From the NCBI GenBank assembly GCA_964016885.1, contig OZ024743.1, forward strand, positions 6,882,001-6,946,000: DNA of 64,000 nucleotides, written 5' to 3'. A program made the translations under genes and the position numbers. The notes under the pieces were generated by a model. That model made no database searches, was not told the origin of the DNA, and saw nothing but the letters and a program-made list of their open reading frames with translations. This DNA comes from Eledone cirrhosa. Its lineage: Eukaryota. Of this stretch, positions 52,360 to 64,000 are shown in pieces; the stretch's first letter is position 1, and every line of letters begins with the position of its first letter.

Positions 52360-53125
52360 CATCATCATTATCATCATCAACACCATTTACTGTTCATTTT
52401 TCCATGCTAGCATGGGTTAGACGAGTTGTCCCATTGTGAGACAAGCCAGGTCAGATGACTACATTTTGTTCATACAGAACTGATTTTGGCTTGGTTTCTA
52501 CAGTTGGATGCCCTTCCTAACACCAACCACATTTACAGTGTGGACTGGGTGCTTTTTGTTGTGACATCTAAATGACCACTTTACTGTTGACTGGTGATTT
52601 TTGTTGTAATACCTACATGACCACTTTACAGTGTGGGCTGGGGACTTTGTCATGTCAATACATTACTTTCCAACAATAGGCTTAGTGTCAGGAATTTCTC
52701 TCCTCTCAAAGACTATGACACAGGATTGAGATCTTTGGTGCAGTAATACAGAAGACCTGCCTTCCTTTGCACACGGACTCAAACATACACTCAATAGGCA
52801 CCTCTTAATCCAATATACAGCCCATACACCATCCTCCCACTTCTGCCCCCCCCCCCCCCCACACACTTTGTAAAGTTATGTTGGTGTCACAAAACATTCA
52901 GCCCACACTGTAAAGTGGTGTAGGAGATATGGCAAAAAGCACCCACCACACACTGTAAATGTGGTTGGCATTAGGAAGGTCATCCAACCGTAGAAAACCA
53001 GCCAGAAGCAGTCCTATATGAGCGAGACACAGTCACCCAACTCAACTTGCCTCTAATGGAACAAACTTGTCTAACCCATCCTAGCGTGGAAAATAGACGT
53101 TAAACGATGATGATGATGATGATGA
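52360..53125. repeat. Inverted pair of non-autonomous RTE-3'UTR-derived repeats
   Basis: Both carry (CAT)n/(GAT)n tails and CACTTTACAGTGTGG units; further copies near 14120, 18290, 44780, 50600 and 58160. Confidence 0.8.
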
Positions 53126-53702
53126 TAGAAGACTGGACCCTGCTACCATCAAGGAAATGGTTGTGCTTCATACACAGAAAAGGAATAGGTAGAAACTCCA
53201 TACAGTGCATCCAATGTGTACAATGGACACACAAGAAATGTAATGGAATCACAGGTAAGTGTGATAAAATGCACCAAGTACCTCTTGTAAATGGTTGATT
53301 ATCAAACAAAGACAATATAGAGTAGAGGGGAGTCTTTTGACTTGTCAAGGATATGACAACCTTTCTAATGCTGGTGGTATTAGGAAAGACATCTACCGAT
53401 TGCTCTATTTGTCATATGAATCACAAGGCATACTCTATGTTGCCAATATAATATCATCCTCCACTGGCGTCCAATAGGCAGATACCCATGACTGTGAGCT
53501 CTCAAAAGACACAAAATAACAACAAAAGTAGTCACTGAGGTGGTCACAGAATGTGTGACGAAAGAACTTTGGCAATCAACAACTAAACTAACCGACTGGG
53601 AGTTTATAATAAATTGAAGTGAAATACAAACAAGTGTGTGTGTTTTATTGACATGACCCTTCCAAAGTATAACAATTTGTTTCAACACACGTTTTCAGAT
53701 AA

Positions 53703-53770
<68 letters not shown>

Positions 53771-54004
53771 AAAGGGTAAGAATGGAAGTAGCACGGAAGT
53801 ATATTTAAAGAATCTTTTTTCTTCTTTAATCCGAGAAAGTGATTATTGAAAACAGGGAGAAAAACATTTTTTTTCAAAAAGGTTTTTTAATATATATATA
53901 TATATATGTGTGTGTGTGTAGGAGGTGAGTAATATTGTCGAACAATAAAACTATGCATATATCAGATAAGTAGCACTCGACAGTTAGTAGAAGTGGAGTA
54001 TATT

Positions 54005-54279
54005 TAAAGAAGAAATTAAAAGATGGTTAAAAAAGTTCCATATATTTTATTATGCGCATTTCGAAAACAACATCATCCTGGGACAAAAATTGTGTTCGCC
54101 TCAGATAAAATAAGGTAACATGATATGAGGCCTAAAAACACTTGTGAACAAGTAAGTGTTCAGTCAAGTTGACTGGACACTTTCTTGTTCACAATTTTTG
54201 TCCCAGGATGATGTTGTTTTCGAAATGCGTATAATAAAATATATGGAACTTTTTAAACCATCTTTTAATTTCTTCTTTA
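54005..54279. repeat. Long inverted repeat (90-bp arms) with a nested inner hairpin
   Basis: Arms 54005-54094 and 54190-54279; inner hairpin 54142-54194; flanked by (TA)n. Confidence 0.92.
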
Positions 54280-54874
54280 TATATATATATATATATATAT
54301 ATATTTAAAAACCTTTTTTAAAAAAAATATTAATAATGATGAAGAGGATAATGATAAAAATAATAAGTCATTTAAATTGTAGTCGATTTTGTTCGATATT
54401 ATTTTTTATCTAATCACCCTTAATCTAGAAGACTTATGAAAAGGCATTCCAGCCTTACTTATTCTTTCTATTTTTTTTTTCAGATACAATCTATCGAGAG
54501 TCACGCTATTCAACGGGCGTACTTTTATAAAAAAGACAGTAAAGTGGGAGATTTGGCTGCTATTTCTGGTAGCTGGAGTGATTAAGTAGCAACTCTCTCA
54601 TTGGCATGTTTATACTTTGTAGGAAGGACAGTGAATGACAAAACAATAGATGCTTTGCAGTATTTAATTACGTTACTCTACGTCCATGCCCAAGTATAAT
54701 TAGTACTAGACAAATACTGCAGACGATAAAATTGCGTCATCTTTACCCTCAAATATGTGACCTTGTGCTAACGTTAGAAACTACTATTTTCGGGGTCGTC
54801 TAACTTTATAAGATTATTTGCTGTTTTATGCTTACAATTTTTACTTTATCATTTGAAACTTTTTTGGGGAGTTT

Positions 54875-54990
54875 ATTTTTCGCCGCAATAGTACGGGGTC
54901 TGTTTGACACAACCTTAGAATAAATTATTTTACACACATTTATCCAATCAAATACTTTCTTAATGGAAGAAAAAAAGGAGCATGCGCATT
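54875..54990 (+). promoter_or_regulatory. Candidate dynein proximal promoter (NRF1-like site, CCAAT box)
   Basis: GCATGCGCA at 54980-54988, CCAAT near 54944 and TTTTCGCCGC near 54877, all within 350 nt of the ATG. Confidence 0.45.
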
Positions 54991-55219
54991 CAGCTGCTTA
55001 CAAACCGGATATGATGAGAAGCAATTTTCTAGTGTCCTTCATGATCTTGTGATAACAGCTCTACTTGTTGAAAAAACGAAACACTCTTACTACTCAATAG
55101 TGAGCAGTAAGAGGATTCAGTTGGAGTGTCATTTTTCTTCTTCAAAATCCTGTGCGTCAACACTTGTCGAAAAATTTGGCAAGTGAATAGCCAGTATATC
55201 ATCCTTTCCGTTAGGAAGG

Positions 55220-55472
55220 ATGGCGGACAGTGAACATGATTCTCCGAATAGCGGAGGTGGTCATCAGCAACCAGCTCAAGCTGTGGCCGAAGTAAGCGAG
55301 TTTACTTCATTTTTAGGACGGATGGTTTCTGTTGTCTTTGAAGACTCCACAACATCTATCACCGAGGCATTTAAGAGGACGTTGGCCGATAAAGTGAATA
55401 CAGACTGTATTCGAAAGTTTTTGTCTGATCCCCAAATTCCTATTTTGCTTGTACAAAGATCATCACCAAAAG
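55220..55472 (+). CDS. DYNC1H1: Cytoplasmic dynein 1 heavy chain, coding exon 1
   Basis: MADSE...IRKFLSDPQIPILLVQRSSPK (DYNC1H1-like RKFLSDPQ); donor G|GTTTGT. Confidence 0.9.
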
Positions 55473-56156
55473 GTTTGTTTTCTAAACGATTCTTTATTAA
55501 TCAATAGAATTTTTGTGCCACGCCTACAGTAGATAACTTTTATCTAATTATAGTTTAGTTTCTATATATTTTATAAAAAGTAATTACTGCTTACTTTTCA
55601 TTTTTTAATAGTGTAAAACATTTAAAATTATTTTTTTGTTAATAACTGTTAAAATATTTTACATGACTCATATTTTGAGGCATATATTCCTCAACGAATA
55701 GGCATCATGTTACCAGATACCCACTCTAAATATTGAGTCGTAGTAAGTATCATTTTGGGTAGCTAAAAATGAAAGTAATTTGCAAGTTAAAGTGGAACCC
55801 CGAAACTGGGAGATATGTGATGGTTGGGCTTATGTTGGAATACCTGGTCATAATTTATATCCATGAAATAGTAAATCGGTTCCTGAATTTCGGGGATCCG
55901 AAAAGGAAGATGTTCATACAAATATGACTGAAAGTTAGTAAATGGTGTGGGGAAGGGATAACCCCACAAATTGAGACCAGCGATGCTGTAGTTCCATCAT
56001 TAATGCACGAATTAATGTGGAGAGAAAAAAAAAAAAATTTGAATCGTATTTCTTAGATAAACGAATTTTATATTTCCAATTAAATATATTATAGATGTTG
56101 CATTTACGTTTTTTACTTTCATTAATTTCTTACCATTCTTTCGTCACTTCGGATAC

Positions 56157-56202
<46 letters not shown>

Positions 56203-59200
56203 AGCTGGGGTACTTTTTTAATCGCATTTGCTTTCACGTTTTTAGTTGTCAAAAATAGGAGCAACCCAATGTTGGTTGGTTAATGCAATATTCATCGTAT
56301 TTTACTGTTTTCCGATTCAATCATATTAGGAACCATGTAACCATTTTATATCACAATCAAGTATAATGAATATTGTGCGTCTGAGTAATAATTTGGTCTA
56401 AGTATTCAAACTGTTGAGTCTGAAAAAGAAAGAAAGAGATATGTGTACTCTTTTTGTCCTTGGAATGGCAAATATATTCTCATGGAATTAACGGGAACGT
56501 AATGTAATTTCTACAATTATGAGTTCGGGTGGGACAAAATATTTTAGTTTCATCAATATAATCGTAATTTGTAACTTCAAAAAGCTATCTCTAAAATTTC
56601 ATTAAAAAATATGCAAGAAAATTGACACGAAGCCGGGGGCGGGGCACTAAATGATTTTTTGCATATATTTTGATTGTCAAATATATTAAGACCAACTCAA
56701 TTAAGTTTATACACGGTTGCTTAAATCATTAGTATATTGGAGACTACTGAACAATACGACTGGAGGCGATTTCGTAAACATTTTTTCGTCAGTCGTAAAA
56801 TATTTCTCATTTCAGTACTAGTTCCCTTTTGATACCGAACCAACCCAGGTTCTATGATAAACTATTTACTTTATATTTTTCTAAAAATCTTCCGTCATAA
56901 TAAATATTATGCCACAAACACTAGATAGATAATGAGATAGTTGTCATAAATTTCTCTGAATTTTGATTTTCAAAATTTTTGAAAATCATAAGCAGTGTCT
57001 TTCATTAGCAGTACCCCAGTGTCTTTTGAAAATCATAAGCAGTGTCTTTCATATGGTATCAAAAGGGTTACTGTTGTTATAAATAGTGATTTTTAAATAT
57101 TTAACTGTGACAAAAATTACATAATCTTGAAAGGAAAACATTCAAACAGACTTACTAAACATAAAACTCAATGTAAATAAGCTTTATTAAATATCTTTTT
57201 AAAATACTAAAAACGCAAACAATAAAAAAATTGGAAATGTTTTCATTTACCTGAGTTGTTTTTTTTTTTTTATTTCTTGAAGATTTTTTGATTTTTAATT
57301 AAAAATTCTTTTGCAAGCTTACAGACATTTATAACAACGCAATTTTAAGCTACATGTTATATTTCCCAATATTTTATTAAAAAGCGAAGTCTATTTTGGA
57401 TGGTTAGTGGAATATTCTAGAGCTGGGGCTGCAGTTTTATTACTTAGTTCAAGAAAGTGTCCATTGCCCATGACATTTTCAGACTTTCCCATACTAGCAT
57501 GGTCATTGGATGGAGTTATGAAGGCTGACCTCACAAAGTTGGATCCCACGGAGATAGTACAGGATTGAGTTGACTGGTGGTATTCCATACTACAAAAAAC
57601 TTGCATTGGGAGGATGGTAGTAAATGGCAAAAAGATGTTTCATTAAGACTGCACCCCTCATTCAAATTTCTAATTCCTCCTTCCCTGTCCAACCAATGCC
57701 AGCGTGGAAAGACACACCTCCACCCCCACCATAATCTTCTCCACAATTATATCCCTGATTCTCTCCTTTCCTCTCCAGTCTATACCAGCATGAAAAGATA
57801 GAAGCACCTCCATGGTGTACTGTCAGATACTGCTCATACCCTCTCTCCAAGACCACCTCCATGACCCAACACTTATTCACTCCAACTCACACCCCTTAAT
57901 TCCCACTTTCTTGTCCAACCACAACAGCATGGGAAATTGGGTGCACCCCACACTATACGACCAGATGTCACTCACTCTCCTTAAGGCTACCCCTCCCTTT
58001 GACATGTAGTTTACTTCCTCATGCTCTCATCCCCCCACTCCATATCACTGCCCTTGCAGCTTAGCCTAGGTATTCAAGTATTGAAATGTGGTAGTGCTGG
58101 TACTAAGATAAAAAACAGTCTACTCTGTCAGGTGATAATGCTTGTGCTGCCATACATACTGTGAAGTGGTTGGCATTAGGAAGAGCATCCAACCATAGAA
58201 ACCATGCCAAAATGGAACATATGAGTGACACACAAATCAGCTGACCTGGAAAATAGGTGTAAAATGTCTAGAAAGTTGCAGTTTTTAGAAGGGAATGTAG
58301 GATTTGGTGAGAAAAATAATATGACAATGAGCAAAGGTGGGGCAGGTAAACTTGGGTGGGGGTATTACAGAGGAGCAGTATTATTGTGGTAGCAGTAAAG
58401 ACGGACCACAGCATGACTGTGCTAATGGCTACTGTTTGTTGGCGAGTGAGGTTATATTTAAAGATTGTTATAGGTGATGTCTCATAAATTTTGCCCTGAA
58501 TACATCAATTCCTTTTATTGATTAAGTTTAAAGAATAAATAATTCACAGATGTCATCTGTATGAAAAACAATGTTTAAGTTAGTGTCAACATATATTAAA
58601 AAGCTAATAGAAATATTTTTGCACTAGTCTTTTATATTATTGATTAGTCAGTCAGCATAATAAATAACCAGAGCTAACAGAGGAATTTCTGCATGGTAGC
58701 ATGACCTGCTAGAAACAGTAGTCAAATCTTCCTCATCTCACACTCTACTGCAATAAAAACAAGGATAATTTCAGATGCACTATGTCTGTAAAAGACTGGA
58801 TGGTGATAGCTGGAATGCCTTTGATCATAGATTAGCTCTGATCAGCTAAATAGTTAGTTGTCAATGCTTGCTTGATGGGAATTTAATGCTTTTCTAGCAT
58901 GAATTAATTTATTTCTTCTATGTATTGATAAAATGTGATTTGTACTTTCTACTGGCATTCCAATATACAAATGTTTTTAATCAAAAGAGGTCAATCAGAA
59001 AAGCTTTTAATTAAGTGGGGCACAGATTTTCTATGTCTAGTGATTATTTTTATCTCTATAGTTTGTCAAGTCATGAGATTGATTTCATTTTTGGTTTTTT
59101 ACCTATCGACCATTAATCTTCTGATTCAGATTACCATTAATTATTTCTGCTCACCATTTTCTTGGATACCCTCAAAGGGTGCTGTTCCTTCTGTAAATCA

Positions 59201-60179
59201 AGCACCTGCTTTGGCCTTTTGTTTTCACTCATATTTTGTAGGTGATTAAATAAGCATTCTTCTCTATCTGATTACTACCTCAGCATTGAACTGATTAAGT
59301 CACTGTTTTGTTCTGATGTCGGATTAAATGCCTTAGTGTTTGTTTTGGTTCACTGCATCATGTGTTCAAATCCTACCGAGGTCAACTTTGCTTTTCATCC
59401 TTTCAGGGTCTATAAAGTATTAGTACAGGGGCAGTGGATTGACAGAATTGTTAGTCAAATGGGATTCTTTGTGATATCTATCTAGTACAACTCTGTGCAT
59501 TTTGAGTTCAAATCCTGCCTTCTGCCAGTTGTGACCAGTAGATAGTATTAGCAATGGAAAGACCAATGGAATCATTGTTTCCTTGGTCTAATCTGGCAAT
59601 CAGCTTTCCTCCTTTAGCTCGAGTAAATGTTTTCTGATTGGGACTTGTGTAGAATAGATTTAGCTAATCATTAAGGCATGTTTTAAGTCTTCAATGTTCA
59701 CAGTTCATAATGCAGCACAGTATAGAGAAACATTGCCTTACTGGCATATAAACCATGCATCTTATTTCTTTCTAGAACATAATTATTTTATGTCTCTAAC
59801 CTGTTATCCATGTAATTCTATATTCCAACTTTACTCTGATAGGGTGTCCACATGTATGTAGATTTCTCTCTCCTCTTTACTCACTTGGATATCACTAACA
59901 AAGGCTTCTTGTTACCCTCACTCAGTCTGTTTTCTTTTATTCCTCTGCTATTACTACCATTATCCAATCACCAGCAGCTATTTCCAGCAGAACTTTTTGG
60001 TCCTTTACCAAAAGGGTCACAGCCAATCTGAAAGGATCCTCTTAGTTGTCAACCCTGCTGAAAAGGTCACTATATTTGAAGCCTACTTTGCTCTTAAAAT
60101 CTAGTGATTAACTTGTTTGACTTAGTATGGTAGGATCTGGAGTTTGATTCTGGAACCAAGTGGCATGTAGTGTTCCTTT

Positions 60180-60965
60180 CTTTTTTGCCTACTTATTCCT
60201 GACAGGGTTGTGGGGGCAGTCCTCAAACACTCTTTCCAGCAGGTCCTGTCAGAAGCAACCACTTCCAACTGATTTGGGTCTCCTGCCAGTTGGTTTTGCC
60301 CATAAAATATGCCAAGTGATTATTTCCTGAGACATTCTAACCACATGCCCATGGTACCGGAGCTGTGATCTCTCAATTCAGAGAACTAGCAGCTCAACCT
60401 GGAGCGACTATCTGACCTCTGAGCTACTCACTCTATCGAGTAACGTTACACCAAAGACCCTTCGAGCTACTCACTCTATCGAGTAACGTTACACCAAAGA
60501 CCCTTCGAGCTACTCACTCTATCGAGTAACGTTACACCAAAGACCCTTCGAGCTACTCACTCTATCGAGTAACGTTACACCAAAGACCCTTCGGAGGAAC
60601 CCCGTTTCGGCCACTTGTATTCACAATCGTATTCTTTCAGCCATTACTCAAGATTCATGACCATAGGTAAGGGTTGGCATGAAAACCGAATTGAAGATAG
60701 CGAGTTTAGCTTTTACACCTACCTCCTTTCTTTTGATTACCGAATGCTCATGCTGGTCCATTACTGCCCCAGCTCTCCAATTCTTGCACTTAATTCTGCT
60801 CCAGCCTTCCATCACATGTGAATACAGCTCTGAGATGCTTAAACTTCTCCACCTGCTTCAGTGGAACCCCATTCACATGTAGAGTGCACTGCACATGCTT
60901 CCTTAAGAGGACGAGTGCCTTGCAACACTGATTTTCATTCTAGCCATGCAACACTCAGCACCAAA
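60180..60965 (-). mobile_element. Rex3/Expander-like LINE fragment in dynein intron 1
   Basis: Similar to 4072-4660; contains an internal tandem array. Confidence 0.75.
60421..60592 (+). repeat. Perfect 43-bp tandem repeat, 4 copies
   Basis: GAGCTACTCACTCTATCGAGTAACGTTACACCAAAGACCCTTC x4, no spacers. Confidence 0.97.
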
Positions 60966-61157
60966 TCTATCTTGTTCTTTGATTTTATTTATTTATTTGT
61001 TTTGTCTGATTAGATAATTGTGAGGTAAAACCTTTACTGTGAAAATATAATAGTATATAGAGAGTAATGTAAATGCTAAAGGGTTAAGATAATGTGTTCA
61101 CACTATTGTTTGTGTTATATATATATATATATATATATATACATTTCTTTCCTCCAG

Positions 61158-61266
61158 ATGATTCTGAAGATGTGGAAGGTGTATCTGAAAGTGAAGAATG
61201 TCCTGATGGAGCGGTGTCTTACCTTATATCCTGTGAAATGCATTATACTAGTTCAAAGATGAGCAG
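61158..61266 (+). CDS. DYNC1H1: Dynein heavy chain coding exon 2
   Basis: Acceptor CCTCCAG|; DDSEDVEGVSESEE...MHYTSSKMS; donor AG|GTAAAT; phases consistent. Confidence 0.88.
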
Positions 61267-61410
61267 GTAAATTTTTATTTTTATATTTGGATAAGAAAAT
61301 GATTGAAAATTCTCGCATAAAAGATAGATATTTGTCAATTGATTTATCCTGTTTTAAAATACAAATATAAAAGAGTATTGTAATTTTCATAACATATCAA
61401 TTTATTGCAG

Positions 61411-61579
61411 CATTATTTTCATTAAGAGAGGACAAATTGTTGAGCAAGACAAAAGTTTTCCATCCCAGCTCCGCATCATGAACTTCAGTGAAGGATCTCC
61501 TTATGAAACACTTCATTCATACATCAGTCATGCTGTGGGGCCATTTTTCAAGTCTTACATCAAAGAAACTGGAAAAGCT

Positions 61580-61584
<5 letters not shown>
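61411..61584 (+). CDS. DYNC1H1: Dynein heavy chain coding exon 3
   Basis: IIFIKRGQ...[45 protein letters not shown]| and AG|GTATAT. Confidence 0.95.
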
Positions 61585-61610
<26 letters not shown>

Positions 61611-61866
61611 CAAGCTCTAGGATATGTTTTCTTGAAAAAACTAGTACATAGATTCATTTGTGTCTCCAAGACATACCTTTAAATTTTTATATCATTAACT
61701 ATTCAGGGTACACTTTATATTCCAACTTCTTTCCTTAAGGTACCTGTCATCTGCACAGAATCTGCAACATCCTTTTCTTTATTTGCCCTACTTGTATTGA
61801 CCAACATAATTCCAAGTTGAATGAACTCTATCTACCACTTTCACCATCACTCTCCAACTAAATAAT

Positions 61867-62080
61867 GGTCTTTGATTTAGGCTCAAGGCTAGCAATATTG
61901 GGGGGAGGGAAAAGTTGATTAAATTGACTCCCACTGCATTGCCGGTACTATATTTTGTCAACCCCTGTAAGGATGAAAGGCAAAGCCTATCTCGGCAGGA
62001 TTTGAACTTAGAACATGAGTCAGAACAAATGCTGCAAAACTGTTTGTCTGTTGCTCTACCAATACTGCCAATCCACTGCC
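61867..62080 (-). mobile_element. tRNA-derived SINE with 15-bp TSD
   Basis: TSD CTCCAACTAAATAAT; shared core. Confidence 0.88.
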
Positions 62081-62299
62081 CTCCAACTAAATAATATAAA
62101 TAGTTAGCAATAGTTAGTTTTTGTCATAGAAAGATAATTATTTTAATTTTATTGATGTTCTTTTAGTTGTGTACTACATGTAGTATTTCAGATTCTAAAG
62201 TTATTTTAAATTCTGAATATTCTCTGCTTTCACTACTCTACTTATATTTATGATGCTAGAACACTCGCAGTTTCCATTTTACATGTAAAGTGAAATCTT

Positions 62300-62722
62300 T
62301 GTTCTTGCAACTGCTGATAATTTGATGTAATGGGATTTCGTATACATGACTCATTATTTGTATATACGTTATGAGTTCAAATCCCGCTGAGGTTAACTTT
62401 GCCTTTCATCCTTATGGGGTCGATAAAATAAAGTACCAGTAATGCACTGGGTAATTGCTGGCCTTGTGCCAAAAGTAGAAATAATTATTTGTATATCACC
62501 TTGACCGACCAGTCTGTCGGGCGCCACTGGTCACAGCACGTCGTGCTGTTTTAGCCATAAGATAATGCCATCCTACTGGTTGGGCGGGCAGGCCGGTACT
62601 CATTTCTACTGGAGCAACGTGAAATAAAGTGTCTTGTTCAAAGAAACAACACATCACCCGGTCCGAGAATTGAACTCACAACCTTTCGATTGCAAGCCCA
62701 ATGCTCTAACCACTAAGCCATG
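62300..62722 (-). mobile_element. Second SINE family, with a nested plus-strand SINE at about 62366-62483
   Basis: tRNA-like head at 62660-62722; the nested SINE is flanked by duplicated ATTATTTGTATAT. Confidence 0.7.
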
Positions 62723-63246
62723 GCATGTAGTGTGAATTGTTTAGCAATCTTGTTTAGCATTCTTATATACATGTCACACAACAAACATGAGGACGTAACT
62801 CTTATCTTGATCACCAATTTTATATGCACCTTCACTATTTATAGTTATGTATGTATAAATAATAAAATCTACATAAGAAATGAGCACAATGTTTTTGAAT
62901 TACTTTCCTAACATGCATTCATAAAACATTTTTTGTCACTTAAGATAAATTTTAGACAAAAATACTTCTTAGTATCTATTGAACATTAAATTTACATTTT
63001 ATCCTGAACAATTAATGAGTTGTCACTACTCAAACTTTCACTCATATTAGTTTAAAATTTCATACATTATTATGATTCTTACTTGCTAAATTTTTCCAAA
63101 ATAATGATGCCAAGCTTGATAATTTCTGTAAGTTTTATTTTATTCTATATGTTCACCCTTGCTAGCAGGGAATACAGATATTAAATGATGTAATTTCCTA
63201 CAAATTTAACCCGAAAATGATTTTAAAAAATTCTTTTATAATGCAG

Positions 63247-63502
63247 GGATGGTGACAAAATGGCTCCAACTGTAGAAAAAAAAATTGCTGAACTTGAGAT
63301 GGGCTTATTACATTTGCAACAAAATATTGATATTCCAGAAGTCACTCTTTCTATCCATCCTTCTGTTCAGAGTGTCATAAAAAAATGTTCAGAAGAAAAC
63401 AGAAAGCCTAAAGTAGAAGACTTTGGTAACAAAGTTGAAGATCCTCAATTTCTCAATGCTTTGCAAAGTGGCGTTAATCGATGGATCAGGGAAATACAAA
63501 AG
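63247..63502 (+). CDS. DYNC1H1: Dynein heavy chain coding exon 4
   Basis: [32 protein letters not shown]...[18 protein letters not shown]; AG/GT boundaries. Confidence 0.97.
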
Positions 63503-63611
63503 GTAACATTGTCAGTTTTTCTTTTTTCTTTCCGATTCTTTTTTATTGAATTTATCTTCTTGTTGAAACATTTGTTAGATATTTGATTTTATTGATTTCT
63601 TTGCAATGTAG

Positions 63612-63848
<237 letters not shown>

Positions 63849-63947
63849 TAGTTTCTATAAAACTTCTGTGCAGTTTAAGTTTCTCATTTAATTTAAGAAT
63901 AATTGAAATTCTCAAGTTAAAATTGATATTTTAAATATATTTACTAG

Positions 63948-64000
63948 GTTTGAGATCAGCCATGGTTACAGTTAATGACTATAACCAACTCATGAAAGAT
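63948..64000 (+). CDS. DYNC1H1: Dynein heavy chain coding exon 6 (partial, runs off the window)
   Basis: Acceptor TTACTAG|; GLRSAMVTVNDYNQLMKD matches the conserved TVNDYNPLMKD. Confidence 0.93.

Noticed and set aside
55787-55969. 60-aa minus-strand ORF in dynein intron 1
   Set aside because: Non-ATG start, no recognisable homology and no splice signals.
60421-60592. CRISPR-like array
   Set aside because: Units are contiguous with no spacers, derive from LINE sequence, and the context is eukaryotic.
62660-62722. tRNA gene
   Set aside because: tRNA-like A/B boxes continue into a SINE body; no complete cloverleaf is evident.

Overview
AT-rich, repeat-dense eukaryotic DNA. The SINE/RTE repeat content looks like an octopus (coleoid cephalopod) genome; that assignment is an inference. 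Three genes can be supported. (1) A 9-exon activator-type E2F (E2F1/2/3-like) on the minus strand, CDS 36855->12725, about 419 aa. Its intron 6 is a minor-spliceosome (U12) intron whose most plausible in-frame termini are the rare AT-AA, and its promoter carries two E2F sites, a CHR-like element and an E-box. (2) An intronless 847-aa TNNI3K ankyrin-repeat kinase on the minus strand. (3) The first six coding exons of cytoplasmic dynein heavy chain (DYNC1H1) on the plus strand, running off the right edge. A possible orphan first coding exon lies near 3.6 kb. The rest is mobile DNA: near-identical RTE LINE copies with a PHD-like finger, CR1 and Rex3-like LINE fragments, many tRNA-derived SINEs, piggyBac-, hAT- and mariner-type MITEs, a pogo transposase relic, and (TA)n-embedded fold-back elements, one of which carries a hammerhead-ribozyme-like motif. 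All exon boundaries were read by eye, with no transcript evidence.
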